Shown: positions 12,027 to 27,309, numbered from the stretch's first letter. The stretch is 64,000 bases of DNA from Octopus vulgaris (GCA_951406725.2 OX597818.1:103912001-103976000); one strand, 5' to 3'. Numbers and translations: made by a program. The notes: generated by a model from the sequence alone, not told the origin.

Positions 12027-15000
12027 CTAAATTAATTAGTAATTCTGTGCATGTGTTTCGTGTAATAAATACTTCTCTATTAATCATAAGATTATATTAC
12101 TATTGACTAATTTCCCCATGGTAACGTTGCTATAGCTTATTTTCTAACAGGGACTTTGTATAAATTTCGTTGTTATATATCCATATTTTCTACAACTCCT
12201 CTTAAATTCTTTCACATCAACATTTAACCTTAGTTTGTCTAAATTTTAAAAATTCCTGCTTAGCATTTATCCGAGTTCACTTATGATCAACATGTTGATT
12301 AACAACGTTACAGATGGACAAATGAGGAAGAGAAAGAAATTCTACTTTATATATTCCGATCTGCTTGCATAATTGCTTTTCATTTACACATGAACGTTCC
12401 AAGATCCATAGGTGAACAGCAATGTCAGAAGGCTTCTTGTATCCAATCTACGTTTAAACCATTTTTCATCAGCCATCCAGTCTATTTCTTTGCAAATACT
12501 GGATCATATTTACTCTTCTTTGTATGGGCATTCCATATGGTTACAGTAATGATCAACAGATTTATATAATACGCCTAATGCAAAGACCTTAGCAAAAACA
12601 TAAATTACATATCTTTCATTTTCAGTAATTTCAATTAATAATCGTTCAAAGGTTGTTAATGCTATAGCTACAAATGGAGATATCTAATATGAGATTATAT
12701 TAAGAAATAAATGAGGAAATACATTTTCATGCCATAAGTGTGTTTATGAATGATATACTTAACAGGCATGTATGAATCATATAGTTAACAGACTTGTATG
12801 TTAAATGAGATGTGTATTTACTAATCTTCGCAGAGTTACCGAAAGCACAGAAATGTGTGAGGTAAGAAAATGTTGGAAGCATAATATATATTTACGAGTC
12901 TCTCATTAATTCTTTACCAATAATATAAATGGCATTTTAAGCTGAAACGGGTGGGAATATAATCTAGTAAATTCTATGGAAAGCAGACGTAGTACATGAA
13001 AGGTATGGCTGAAATAGAATTAGTTTCAATTTTGCAATAAATCTGGGGGAAACTTTTGGCTTCACAGAAATCGATTTAGCCATTTCTTGTAACGTTATTT
13101 TATATATTCGCAAGCCTTTCGTACAAGGGTATAACTTTACAGGGAAATATATTCAGATTAATGTTTATATGTATGTACATATGTGCAGACGCACGAATAA
13201 CGTATATGAATACGCATGCGTGTATATATGCGTGTGCATGAAAGAAAAGAAGCAAATGCATATATATGCCATAACAATGTGATTGCACATTTCCTAGAAG
13301 CTCAAGGTTATTGGACTTCATTTGCAATGAGTTATAAGTTCTGCATTCATAAAAAGCGTAGATAATCTTCAGTAAGACCATTTCCGTTAGTTTCCTCCAC
13401 TTGAAGAGATTAGGAGCACTTAACATTTAAAGTATGTAGACTTTGGGATTAGGAGAGATTAACACTTAAAGTATCTGACTTCTTGGATTTGTTCGATTTT
13501 TGTCTTTGCTGTGTTGCCTGTTTCATTGTGGACAATTTTCTATTTTTCAACTCACATACGCCTTTTCGCCTGAACAGATGATCATTCATTAAATTATGCC
13601 AACAGAGCATTTCAATAAACATGCTTGTGTGTATCTGAATTTGTTGGTTTTCTAGTGGAATTTTATCATAAACACTCGTCCCCGAGGCAACAAAGTGAAA
13701 TAACCCCATAAGTATTACATGTGACTTTCAGATAAGGTCACATTCGTCTTGTTTGTTTTATTAAGAAGCACTATGAAGCAGATACCCGAAATATGAAAAA
13801 AAACATTGAACCAAATTAGCTATCTTATTTTGGGCGCGATGAATTAAAGTTACCCTTCAGCCTGTGGTACTCCGCTGATCAAACACATTAAAATAGGATA
13901 CTAAAGATTCTTAAGCTATTATTATGGTATAATGTATACTGATTACTATCAGTATAGCAACGTTCTCTTAAAAGTATATTCTTACAAGGGTACCCACCCA
14001 AGCATTTTTCTATACGCCTTGGCTTCCTTACATACATTAGATATCTTTATAGAACGTATTAAGTTTCCAATTTTTATTCCAATTACATATATTCGCTGAG
14101 GTGACGTTGAGTATACTATATGAACATAGCTATTATGAAAACAGGAAAGCGAGGGAGAGAGAAGGGGCGAGACAGACACAACAGAACAAGAAAAGGAAAG
14201 AGTGAGAAAAGGAAGACGTGTCATCTGTGTAATGTCACAATAGTACAGGACTGCGAAATATCCACCTCTGTACCGGAAAATGATATATCAACTTTGAGGT
14301 TTGCATTAATTTATTGGAGAACATAAGTGAGATGAATGACATTCAATTACCTAAATGCCAGCCAATATTTAGTAGTAACTTCAAGTGACATGAGTAAATA
14401 TATAAAGTCGCATTATATATCTACTGAAGCGGCACTCAGAGATTAGGTAAATAAAACACCTCTAGATCACGAGGACAATGTACCAGCTGAAATATCTGAT
14501 AACAAATAAAACCACGTCTATAATCAGTTATATAGTTGTAATGTTGTGAAGGCAACGATGAATCAATAGTCCGGCAAACTAATATACAGTTTAACTGTAC
14601 ACCAAATCAAAGGGAAGTTTCCAACATACTCAAATAGTATGACTGAGTAACATTTTAAGCGTCGTTACATACTGCACACTTTCTCTTTTACATGCACTGA
14701 CGTAGAAATGTCATAGATTTATCGAAGTGACACTTGGTAAGTAACTGACGTATGTGAAATCTCAACCGTGACTTCTCAAGTACTTTCATATATATCTCCG
14801 CATCTTCCCTGATTCTTGTTTCACTAGTTTCTGTAATAAAATACATTACATATCATGATGGTTTGTGAGAAGGATTTAGAGGTGGAAATATTACTCCTCT
14901 TGCTCATTTGTAATACATGCGTATATACAAACATTTTTACAGTCTCAAATACACACATAATTGGATATATGATTATATCCATATATACCTATACATACAC

Positions 15001-15844
15001 ATGAATGTTTGCACAAACACACTCATATGTGATTGTTTGAATGTGAAGTATGCATGAGCTAAAGTTATGCCTGTATTTCCGTAAGTAAAATAACCCATGA
15101 ATCATCGGAGAAGAAAAATATATGGTGATTTGGCATATAATTACAAAAGAAATATGTATGGAAGAATTAATATCACTAGGAAGCACATATCTGATGTGGT
15201 GGGCAAATTTAAAGAAAATCTCTCTACAAGTACAAGAAAAGTAGCAAGTAACAGAGCGAACTACAGAAAAAAATCTTATGCGACAAATCAGAAAAGGTTA
15301 TAAATGTTGCATCTATTGTTGGAATAATACGGTAGATAGAGATGCTTCTTGAGCAAGTTAAGTAAAGGAAAAGAACAATCAAGCTTTAAAAAGAAAATCT
15401 CAAATATATAGAAAATGTTTTGAAAGTATAAGCAATAAAATTACAATCACATTTATCCATTTCTTTTAATCTATGGCATCGAAGTGGCAAGAAAGGGGAA
15501 AATATCAAAAGATCAAAATAACTCGCATGCATCTAAATAACAGAATAATATTTCATGTTAAATTCGTATTCTTCGTAATAACTAAGTTAATTTTAGGAAG
15601 GATAATAAATTAGTGGAAAAAAAAAACTTTCAGCTGAATTATATATATGACGGGAATAAGCGAAGCAGTCACTGAGTGAAAACGCTTAGGAAATGAAAAC
15701 AAAAATACAGTGTCATATAAATATATGTCCAAAATCACAACAAAACAAAGAACAATATATGATGGTCAAAAGAAAGAACATCAAATGCATATAATTTATT
15801 ACCTTCATTTATAAAAGTGTTTATTAATATATGTGTGAGAGGAC

Positions 15845-16055
15845 AATGGTGAACCGACAGAATCGTTAGCACACCGTGAAAAATCTTTAGCAGCATTTCG
15901 TTATTCTTTGTTTTTGATTTCAAATTCCGCTGGGCTTGACTTTACATTTCATTTCTTGGAGTCAATAAAATAAGTACCAGTTAAGCATTGAGGTCAATTT
16001 AATCGACTTACTCCCTCTCCCCCAAATTACTGGCATTGTACCAAAATTTGAAACG
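15845..16055 (+). mobile_element. SINE family B, decayed
   Basis: cagaatcgttagcacaccg..ttcaaattccgc..aaaataagtaccagtt. Confidence 0.8.
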
Positions 16056-16209
16056 AAATTATGTATGAATGTATGCATACTTTTTCTGAATGAATAAATA
16101 ATTCAGAAATAAATTGAAAATAACATTTTATATGAATTCATTTATTGGTTAATTAATGTTCATGCATGTTGTACCTTATTTTCATTTTAATATTCATCTT
16201 ATGATAACT

Positions 16210-16800
16210 TTGCTTGTCGCTCCGTTACTTAGCCCGTCAGTAACGCTTCCTCGTGATTAGTTGAAGAGGGAGAGAAGGTCGGAATGGGAGAGGTGGAAGA
16301 GGGAAGAGACGGTGAAAGGGATATGATGGGGTGGGAATGGGAGTGGGTTAGGAGTCGATTGGTGGTCGCTAAAATGGGAATGGGAGGAGTCGGGGGAGCC
16401 GGAGGTGGTGGTGAGTGAAATGTGTAATTTTTTTTAACTAACGTCTTTCCTTCTGTTACTTAGCCCGCCTGTAATGCTTTCACGTGATTATTTGAAAGGA
16501 AAAAGCAAAAAAGAGAGAAAAAGAATGTAAGGTGAAGTGTGAGAGAGAAAGAAGGAGGGAAAGTGTTGTGTATTTCTTCAATAAAGTTGTGCATAAAGTA
16601 TATAAAGTGTATAAATACAGTACATTAAGTAATAATACCATTCCAATTTCTTTCACTTTTCAATGATTAGCAGATGAGTGATGGTCTTTGGAAAAAAAAC
16701 GCAACACAGGCTACGCTTTCAGATTTTTGGGATAAAGTTTACAGAAATATCTTAATAATTTTACCATTAATTCCGTGAAATATTCACGGGTCCCGTTAAT
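16210..16800 (-). mobile_element. Possible non-autonomous Helitron/Helentron-like element
   Basis: Terminal hairpin ccgtgaa-ata-ttcacgg near 16773-16789, internal direct repeat gttacttagcccg..cgtgatta (16224, 16455), purine tracts. Confidence 0.4.
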
Positions 16801-16978
16801 CTTTACATATTGTTACATTCGGTTCACCTAAAATATTTCATATACCACCGGACTAAGAAGAAGAAATGACAACACAAACTTTATAATGAACAAGTTGAAA
16901 AAATCATCTGAAAAAAAATTAAAATTTGTTACTTGCTCGACATCCATATGCATATATATTTTATACACATATATGCAT

Positions 16979-17028
16979 ACATCATGCAAGCAAACATCAT
17001 GCAAGCAAACATCATCCGAGCAAACATC
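16979..17028. repeat. 15-bp tandem repeat (ACATCATGCAAGCAA) x3
   Basis: Direct reading. Confidence 0.85.
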
Positions 17029-17864
17029 TGTAATTTTGTGACTTCATATGTGCACCCATATATTCATGGACATATATCTTTGGGCTTCATATACACGAAG
17101 ATATAGCTTTGCACACATATTTATATGGCTTCATATAAAGACACACACACACACACGCACACACAGAATTTGATGCCTGTTCTGTGGATTCTGTGGTTTC
17201 TATATGATAATTGGAAAACATCAGGGTGGATTCGTCTCATAAAATGGGCTCAGCAGAAAATGGAGCTAGTTAGAGTCCGAGATTTTGAAGATAATTTGAT
17301 ATATTATATGGAAAGATAGGGATTCGTGTGTACGTGTGAGTGTCTCAGTTTCTCGCACAAACTCTCTCTCTTTCTCTATACATTTGCATCCGCGTATTTC
17401 TGATCGTGTATATGTGTATATCTAATATATACACATTAATTCTCAATCTACCAGGAGATATGTGAGCTTGTTTTCTTGTTCTGCCAGAAATACTGCAGAA
17501 CACTGTGCTTTAAAAAAAGGAAGAATACCTTTCAATATAATGGCTTAGATTTGGGAAACAGAAAAACTGATGGTGATGATTTGAATCTCATTTATAAGAA
17601 ATTTATGCGATCGGAATGAGGTGATGCGAAAGGTAAAAATCAACAACTTGGAATATTTATTGCATCAGAAATTTTTTATGTAAGTAATTATTAAGAAGTC
17701 GCTTATTTTCCTTTTCTCTTACATTTAACATAAAACTAAGATTTGTTGCGTTATTCGGCGACCTATATACAAATATATCAATGTTGATACTTTCTTTTGT
17801 CATAAAGGAAAAGATATTTTCTCTCGCTAAAGAATTAATCTGTGACGACTTAACTTTACATATA

Positions 17865-17965
17865 TGTGTGTGTGTGTGCACGTCTGTATGTGTGCACGTG
17901 TGTGTGTGTGTGCACGTCTGTGTGTGTGTGCACGTCTGTGTGTGTGTGCACGTCTGTGTGTGTGT
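17865..17965. repeat. Compound (GT)n/GCACGTCT minisatellite
   Basis: Direct reading. Confidence 0.85.
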
Positions 17966-19009
17966 GAGCGTGCTTTCGTGTGTGTGTAGCTCTTGTCAAG
18001 AGGGCATGGATTGACACAAAAGTTGTAGTCTGAGAAAATATCTTTCTAATCAATTTCTTTCAGTTTCAATATTATTCGAGGGCGGGTACTTAATTCTGCC
18101 TGATCCCCATTTCAATCCCCAAAAGGTCATGCACTATAATACTATGTTAGGAATTGTCGTTTTTCATTCAAAAATTATTTTAGGGGATTTAGTGATTTAA
18201 ATATATTCATCATAAAATGTGATTTATCCATTATTCTTTGAAACGTAAACAGTTCTGTTATGTCCTTTTCTGAAATGCATGAAAGGCATATATTACTGTT
18301 GTTTTTTTTCGGTTAGTGTTTTAGAAGCGGTTATTATTGTTACTATTTGTCTTCTTTTCAGCTGCTGGCCCTTTCTTGCCACTCTTTAGATGAGGACGAG
18401 ACATATATCTCAGTAATGCGAATGGATCATGTTTATTTGTCGAGCAAGTTAAATCTGGAATGTACGTTCTTTATCAAATGAATTGGCTCTTCAATTTAGC
18501 ACTTAACTACCACAAGCAATGCTATAATACCTTATCTATTGTTCCTTCACTGAGAAAGGAATGTTAAGCATATATAAAAACGTGCGTAAGTTCCAATGTT
18601 AAGCTAATTAAGAATTAATCTTTATCTAATTCAGTGTTACCTATAAAAACGGTTGATAATTCCTTACAAAACAGCTCTCTAAATGTTGTCCAAGACCTAC
18701 TTCAATAAAGTAATTAGTTTGTATAAAACTCTAATTGCAAATGTTAGAGAAATCCTAATCATCTATAAGTATTTCTGTCTAAGTCGAAAACATCTTGTAA
18801 AAGATTTCCTTTTGTTGTGCACAAGGTGTGTTGTGACAGTGACAATAGATGCGATATTGCAGAATAATATATTTCTTAAAAAGTGTATACAATGAAACTT
18901 TATTCAGCACACATCTGCCTGTAGAGAACAGGATGTTATGTATAACAAGACAGCAATAATCATTAAGCAAAATAAGAGAAAGAAGCTACGAGAATAAAAA
19001 TCAACCATG

Positions 19010-19165
19010 CAGGCACAGGTTAAGTGGTAGGTTTATTTCTCAACCACAGGTTCGAACGGTGGGTTTCATTCTGTGGTACGTTGGTTATGTGTTTTCTACT
19101 ATATTTTCAGGTCGACTAAATTTTTGATTGGATATTGTAGAGGAAAACAGTCGAATAACTCGTGT
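19010..19165 (+). mobile_element. SINE family A 5' half, decayed; the PLE follows in its internal (TA)n
   Basis: aggcacagg..gtggtagg..caaccac..ttctactata..gtcgactaaa. Confidence 0.55.
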
Positions 19166-19201
19166 ATATATATGTATATATATACATACATATATATATA
19201 T

Positions 19202-20819
19202 AAACAAATACATCACAGAAACCTGCAAACTCTCCTCTGACATCCACATCAACATCAAAGCACCGGAGGACCTAAAACTAAGGCCCATCGTGGCTGGCAC
19301 CTCCTGTAAAACACATCGCTTGAGTAATTTCCTAGACATCCTTTTGAAACCTTTCCTTACTCACATCAAAAGTTTCATTAAGGATGATCTCGACATGCTC
19401 AAACACCTCCCGAAAACAGTTAACGAGGAGGCGCTCCTGGTATCCTTTGATGTCATCAACCTCTACACCAACACCCCACATAAATATGGTATTGAGGCAA
19501 TTGATTTCTGGCTAGAAAAACACCCTGAGACATTCCCTGACCGCATTCACAAGACCTTTATTACGGAATCACTCAAGTTCATTCTGACAAACAATTATTT
19601 CCTCTTCGATAACACACACTACCGTCAAAAATGTGGTATTGCGATGGGTACCAAGGCTGCACCAGTCCTTGCGAACCTCATAATGGGCTTCTTCGAACTA
19701 TCACTCTATGAGATATCACGCCAGAAATTTGGACATGTTTTTCACACCTACCTAATGGAAAACTGGAAAAGGTATTTGGATGATTGTTTCATCATATGGA
19801 AAGAATCTTATGAAAAGCTTCTGGAATTCCAAACCATACTGAACAACATACATCCCAACATCCAATTCACTATGGAATTCAGCAAACATCATCTCCCTTT
19901 CCTTGATCTCCTAATTATAAAAACACCTAAGAAGCAAATCATAACAGACATCTAGCACAAACCTACAGACTCACAACAATACCTCCTCTTTAGTTCATGC
20001 CACCCAAAACACACCAAGACAAATATCTCTTTCAATTTAGCTGAAAGGGTATGCACTCGAGAAATACGCCTTCAAGACCTCAAAAAAACACTATTACAAC
20101 GCCAATATCCCTCCACCCTTATAGAGTATGGAATAAAACGCGCCAAAGAACTAGACATTATACTGAAAACCACCCAACCCAACAACACACACAACCCCAA
20201 AATACTTCCATACATTTCCACCCACAACCCCCAAAATACCGAAGCATACACCGCAATCATACAAAACCTCAATCTACTGTCAACATTCCCCAAAATAAAA
20301 AAACATTATAAATACACACAAAATCCTCAAGTGTAAAAGGCAACACAAATCTTTAAAAAAACTCTTGACAAATGCCAAACTTCACACACCACATCCACCC
20401 CAGCAGTTAAAAAATGTGCACGCCCAAACTGTGGCACCTGCCCCTTCGTACTGGAAGGCTCTGAATTTATCTTCAAACAAGGAACGAAGTTTAAAATCAA
20501 TACCAACTTCTCCTGTTCCTCTTAGAACCTTATCTACGTTCTCACATGCGCCGGGTGCCCACATAATTATGTTGGACAAAGGAGCCTCCCTTTACGTAAA
20601 AGAGTAGCGGTCCATAAAGAACAAATAAATCTCCCGGAGTACCGGCAAATTCCACTGAGTGGCCACATAGACTCATGCTCTAAAGAAAAAAATCCTAAAT
20701 TTAACATATTCCCCTTCTACCAATGTAAAGACGGAATCACCACACAGGAGAGAATTAACAAGGAGAATCTTTTTATTGAAAAATTCAAAACGCATCTTAA
20801 TATGCAAATTCCTCGTTGA
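19202..20819 (+). pseudogene. PLE reverse transcriptase + GIY-YIG endonuclease, disrupted
   Basis: LRPIVAG, LVSFDVINLYTN, GIAMGT, WKRYLDDCF, FLDL; stop at 19953; KKCARPNCGTC linker; NLIYVLTCAGCPHNYVGQ; stops and frameshifts. Confidence 0.95.
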
Positions 20820-20938
20820 TCATACTTCTTTTTTCTACCTCATTCTTCATGGATGGACTAATACAAATATATAAGGATACCATACAGTCATCACTTCAAG
20901 CTAAAACTTATATTCTTTATTTATCATTATTATTATAG

Positions 20939-21036
<98 letters not shown>

Positions 21037-21561
21037 GACATTACAATCTGAAATCTAATTATTAATTGGTTTGTGTAAATTTATATAATTAGAAAACAAT
21101 ATAAATAAAGTGTTAAAATCTTAATGTTAAGTTAGCAAACAATTATATAAAAAAAGATAATGCAAATGAAGCTAAAATGATAATTTTATAATTTAAGGTT
21201 TATTAACACCTTTTATTACAAAAAATTGATAAACCCAAATTGAAGAGCTTAAAACCCATAGAGTTGTCTCCCCTTACTCACAGGAACTGGAAAACTACTT
21301 CTTGTTTTGACATTCACTTAACAGACATCCTTGATTAAATTAAACAGCACATGGATTTAATCACATGGATCTCAATCCTCCAAGGAAATCTTTTCAAGAA
21401 CTATCATTAAACTCGAGATAAACAAAGACTTTACAATGTATCGGAATACCTATTTTTTTAATTGTTGTACATGTTTATTATTATTTTTTTGCAAAAAAAC
21501 AATGTAATTTCCTTTTTTCCCCTCCTCAAACATAAAGAAAAACTTTTTCTTTCCACCTTAC

Positions 21562-21604
21562 AATTCTTGAAAAGTCACATTGTGACGTAAAACCGGTTTG
21601 AATT
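21562..21604 (+). ncRNA. HHR-like motif, U3-A8 core variant, GAAA side altered
   Basis: aattc-TTGAAAA-gtcac att gtgac-gtAAAACCGGTTT-gaatt. Confidence 0.6.
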
Positions 21605-21752
21605 AATATATATATATATTATTAATACACCCATTTTCATTAAAATTTTCCTTCAATTTAGCATTCTGCCTTTTTAATTTTTCCTTGCCTATCATTTCTC
21701 CACGTGCGGTCAACACAACCCCACCATTTATTGATTTATATATATATGTATA

Positions 21753-21797
<45 letters not shown>

Positions 21798-22698
21798 AAT
21801 TTATAAATTTTAACAAGATGTTTCGTCCTTTCCTAACACGATGGGATTTATGGAACTTTATTCCATAAATTTAATATACATTATATACTTGTACTACTTG
21901 TATACAATACGTCGCCTAATATACAATCCTCTCCCGTGGCACACTGATCGTTGATATGAAGAACAGATGCGTAATTTAGACATATATTTCATTTGATAAT
22001 CGAACCCTCACCTTACAAAAACGGAGAAAATACACTAAAAATTAGCCTACAATGTTTAGAGATTAAATAACATTTATACACATCATAGAAATAATTGCAT
22101 GGTTTATCTGACAGCAAATAAGGGTTGAATGTTTGTTTTCTCAGTAGAACAAAGAAAATGAAAGGACGCAAAAAAACTTCGTAACCACATCCAGGATAGT
22201 CTAGATACGCAGAGTCTTTGTAAACCCTCTTTTGTCAGTCTGGTAAATATCTCTTTCGACCCACTGAAAAAGCAAAATTGGGCAAATTTCAGTAATAGTT
22301 AAATATTAAACTTTATTAAATTTACTGACTACCGTTGCCCTGCTTTACAGTTTTCCCCCATTACAGTCTACTGTACTCCCTTTAATCCATCATTTCTGTT
22401 TCATCAAATTTTATACCATTAATCCAACGTAAAATGGTTATTCCCACAAGATTTCCAATGTCTTCAAACTTAATATTGAAGATGAAGTGTAATAAATCGC
22501 CACTGCTATACCATATTTGCATCAAAAGAAGCCGAATCGTTTTTACATTCAAGCTAAATCTTATAATATCCATGAAGAAATGTAGAAGCCTCATGAGTAG
22601 TCCATCATTTCTACAGCCTGATATCGCTTTATCGATATATACGCATCTCATATATTTGAATTCTGTTCTATTATGCTTTAATACTTTTATATTATTTA

Positions 22699-22820
<122 letters not shown>

Positions 22821-23353
22821 CGTTGCGTATATAAAAGTTATAAATTGCATGAAAGCGTAAAATGATGGATTTACGCGTGGATTTATATACGTTTATGAGT
22901 TTTCATTGTTGAAAACATGTCTCGTTTCTATTCAGAATCGTGATTTTAAATTCGTTCTGTGTTGTTCGGGGGAAGAATTTTCCTGAGATAGATGTGTTAA
23001 GATTGTTGAATTTGATCTGATACATCTAATGATCAAAGGATGGTATTGGACGGAGTTATAGTAAGACATTAACCTTTTACTTGTTTATTAAAATTGGAAC
23101 GATAAACACACATCGTTTACTGTTCATTACTCTCAATAAAAGAGCAACTTCACATAATATCATAACAAATTACAGAAACAATACTTGCTAACACACATGA
23201 CGTATATATTATTACATAATGGCTTAACTATAAATCAATCTCCAGTAAGAACAGCATAATAGAAATAATACAATGCTCAATAATGTACTCAGGCAACAAA
23301 TTAGCAAGTGGACGATGGGAGTATTACGAGGTGGATGGCTGACAAATAAAGCA

Positions 23354-23638
23354 GTAATTCACATCCCTATTTTGTACCCACGTGTTATGTTTTAGGATCC
23401 GGACAGCAGTAAATGCAGTTTCGATCATGGAGTAAATTTATTCAAATATTAATATTAATATAGAGTAAACTCAATAATAATTTTACCAGATGGTCAGTGT
23501 GGAAAGAAAATTATTATTGATTTTTAACTAATATTATAATTAACATGGGAATAAATTTCCTCCATGGTCGAAACTGCATTTACTACTGTTTAGATCCTAA
23601 CATATAACCCGTGGGTACAAAAGAGGGATGTGAATTAC
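23354..23638. mobile_element. Foldback MITE-like element, arms about 135 bp
   Basis: gtaattcacatccct..cagtttcgatcatggag versus ctccatggtcgaaactg..agggatgtgaattac. Confidence 0.85.
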
Positions 23639-24808
23639 ATTTGCCGGGATATTTTTGCGAGTGTGGATTGATACTGGTCATCCGATGTCGCCGGTCAGAT
23701 GCATATTTTTGAAATACTTAAGAGTACTTCCGCTGATAATAGGAGTAGGTAAAATATTTTAATATTAATCCAGTTGCGCTTGAAAATTACAAGTTCATCG
23801 ATAATTATATATGTATTTATGTATATAAGTATGTATTTATGTACGTATGTATGTACTTATGTATGAATGCATGCATGTATATAAGTCATTATTTTGTTTT
23901 ATTTCAAGATTTCTTGCCAATAAACAAAGAGCCGGTTTTTCAAATAGATCCAAGGCTCTTTCATTTAAATTTCAACAAGTTCAACGGGGTATTTTTGCAT
24001 GTCTATATGTATATATACCTTCAGATTTGTATGCTTTGCTTTATATATGTCTTCTTATGCATATACGTGCATATCTAGATATGCCCATATATACTTAACT
24101 GATAAACCTCCGGAAGTTTCAACATTTTTACAGTTCCAGTGATGGCTTGGATCTTTATATGTATACATGTATGTATGTATGTGTGTATGTATGTACGCAC
24201 GTATATATGTATGTGTGTGTGTACATATGTGTGCATGTATTAGATTCTGTCGTAGATAGATCTTCTCATTCGTTGAGATAGCGATTTTATTATGGAGAAT
24301 CGTTTCTATGACTGCGTGCATAAACACACGAAACGTGATATCCTAATGCCTCATGAAAGATTTCAAAAGAGAAACATTAAACCTCGGCGGAACCCCTTGA
24401 GAACATCATGCAGGGAGTAAAGTGGACGTAAATCTATACTCTGCAATACGAGACATTTGAATAGCCCGTTAGATAATGAAATGGCAAGTTTTAATTCTGC
24501 AGAATACTCTGTTCAAAGATTTACGGATATTTCATAACTGCGCAATATGTGGTTGATGTAGATTAGCCTGGACCAGATATATCATACATGAAGCGCTACA
24601 TTTAGGGAGGCCAACACACGTAAGGCTATATGGATTCAGCTCCGTAGTTGAAAATCTCTTTTGGGAGAATGTACAATAGAGGGGTTGCTTGTGTTATTCT
24701 TGACGATATCACGTATCAGAGTTCTCGGAGAATTAAAAATGAAATCCCAGGCCCTCTATTAGAAGCATCATCGAACATTGTACACCTTCATCATTACAAA
24801 AAAGCTAT

Positions 24809-24891
<83 letters not shown>

Positions 24892-24898
24892 CATACAT

Positions 24899-25091
24899 AG
24901 GGGAGGTCACGAAAAAACAAAAGACGAAGACAGGTGGTGTACAAAACGAACAGATGTATTAGTATAACGCTCAGAAATAGAAAAAGTCTTTTACGTTGCG
25001 AGCCTACGCTCTTCAACAGAAAGGGACACGAAAAAACAAGGAGAGAAACAAGGATAGAAAAAATATGTGTGTAGTGGCTACCGATCTATCA

Positions 25092-25093
<2 letters not shown>
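24899..25093 (-). mobile_element. Solo PLE 3' end with HHR-like motif (24988-25023); a second decayed copy lies at 25135-25235
   Basis: Homologous to 58699-58900; cttt-CTGTTGA-a-gagc gtag gctc-GCAACGTA-aaag; (TA)n flanks. Confidence 0.85.
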
Positions 25094-25139
<46 letters not shown>

Positions 25140-26639
25140 CCGGTAAAGTGAAAAAAGTCATTTACATTTAGAGACTACGCTCTTCAACAGAAAGGAATAA
25201 GAGGAAAAGTTCAAAAGTCGTGTTAGATTGGAGCGATGTACATCCACGAAAAATATATATACATATACATATATATATATATATATGCACATGTAGGCAC
25301 ACAGACACACACACACACATACACACACATATTGTCATTCTATATACCTTCTCAGAGGTGTCTTTTATTGTACATTTATAAAAGTTTTGAGTTCTTTCCT
25401 CCCTCTAATAATGAATGCCTTTGGGTATATATCACCAACACAAGATCTAATTTCATTCTTCTAAAATTATTTATAGACGAATTTCTCCAGAAAAACGAAA
25501 CTAATACTTTTAGTTCGCTTGTTGGTTTTTAAAAACCGAAAAAAAAAATTCTGAGTATATTATTGTTGACTTCATTGATCTCTCTCCTCTTTAGTTCCTG
25601 AATGAAAATATATATACGCTATTTCCCTCTGGGGATTACTTATTCTTCTTTTAGTTCAGTGCAAACTCGAACAATTTTCTTCAATAATATAAAATGCATT
25701 AGGATTGTCAAATTGTTATGGAAATTAATGGCAGTTTCTTTTTTAATATTCTCATTGTGTTTTTTTTTTAACTTTTATACTTGTATCGTATTTTCCTATG
25801 TATATGATAACAGTTTTGTGTATAGTTTATTTTATCATATCACAAGATATAAGTCATCTAATACATTCTCTGAACTTTCTGTGGCTGTATACACTTACAC
25901 CAATGTATATGAATCTAACATCAAGGATTTTTTTTTTTTACTAATGCATTAAAAACAGTAGAGACGGAGTGAAAGAAGTAGATGGAGATCATGGTGAGCC
26001 ATAATGATAAATAAGCTGTCACGGTGAGAGAAGTAAAAATGGGGCAGTGTAGATCGGTGAATTGAGAAAGAATCGAACTGCTGCCTCAAGACAATTCTAC
26101 AAGTCTATTATTTGTGAGTAATCACTATTTGTTATTTATATATAAATAGATTATCTATTCGGCAAGAGGAGGCTATAATTGCATGTTGTTTTATTAGATT
26201 TCTGTATTCGACTAAAATTCCATTGCATTTAAAATTACTGTAAATATAATGGGAAAGATATGGGCACACTTCGAAAGGAGGAGAAATTTAAAAAAAGTAA
26301 TCGATCTTCCATTAAAAAATATTCGGCATTTTTAATATGCGGCAATTTTAACCAATTCTTAAATGATTTTATAGGGAACCCCGCCCGGGCGAATTAGTGA
26401 ATTGGCTCCTGCGTCGATGGTAGATTGGATAAATCATTAAAACCCACAATGAGATTTCTGGCGGTAACTGTTTCACCTTTGTGAATTTAGAGAACGACGG
26501 CTCAAATGTATAAGGTAAATAATTTTCGCTATGTATTGAAACACACAGCCCCTTTGTGAAATGCTTCATGGATATCTGTAATGAATTCACTGTCATGCTA
26601 CCAGACTTTTCAATATCAGCCCCATAGGAGCTATTCATC

Positions 26640-27285
26640 TCTAAAAAATATCTGGCAGGGATTAAATCCCCACGGTGAATGCGCCAGTGCTCTAACCTAC
26701 TGTGTTAATGTTTCACATCCTAAACTGCATTATACAAACTGTTGTATAATCGATGAAGGATATCATTCATAAAGAATGTTTGTAGGTGAGTGTGCCTCTC
26801 GAACGATTGAAAGCATCACGAAATTAAAGAACTGATCTTGAAAGACCGTCGCTGAAAATTTGGAGAATATGTTGATATGGCGGACGTATGCTGCAGCTCC
26901 TGCTAACGAGGTTTGAGCGGAGGATTGCGAATGAAAAGAGTTGCAGCAAAATGTGTGCCTCACTTGCTCATTTGAAGATCAAAAGCAGTCACGACCGAAT
27001 GCGTGTTGTGAACTGGAAAAACAGTTGAAAGTTTTTCGAAGTTCATCAGTAGTAATGACAGCTGGTGCTACAGAACTTTCACATATTGAAGAGGTGACGA
27101 AAAATGACGGATGCGTTAAAAGGCATCATTTCTTAAGCGTTCTAGGACTGCTTCGAACGGTTTAAAACGCATCGGGACCGATGCATTGCTTGAAATTGAG
27201 AATAATGTGAAGGCGATAAAAGTATAAACATAAGTGGATAAAATAAAATTTCTAAATCGCGTTATCTTTTGAATAACTTCACTTA
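26640..27285 (+). mobile_element. Mariner-type DNA transposon remnant, internally deleted
   Basis: IKELILKDRR, MKRVAAKCVPHLL..EDQKQSR (mariner WVPHEL/FVPRLL-type motif). Confidence 0.75.
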
Positions 27286-27309
27286 TATATATATATATAT
27301 ATATACATA

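Larger units (their letters stand above)
19202..21737 (+). mobile_element. 5'-truncated Penelope-like retroelement (Neptune-like)
   Basis: RT, Cys-rich linker and GIY-YIG, then a 3' UTR with (TTA)n and an HHR-like motif; (TA)n at both ends. Confidence 0.95.

Noticed and set aside
18340-18480. Possible splice acceptor (tttgtcttcttttcag) followed by a short open frame LLALSCHSLDEDETYIS
   Set aside because: No recognisable homology or partner exons; needs RNA-seq
22382-22651. 89-aa ORF with ILRWINGIK, reminiscent of an RTE LINE C-terminus
   Set aside because: Single weak motif only
23890-24155. Two short microsatellite-flanked repeats with AAACCGG and GAAACTTCCGGAGGTT palindromes on the minus strand
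   Set aside because: They resemble HHR stem III ends, but no CUGANGA core is visible in these copies
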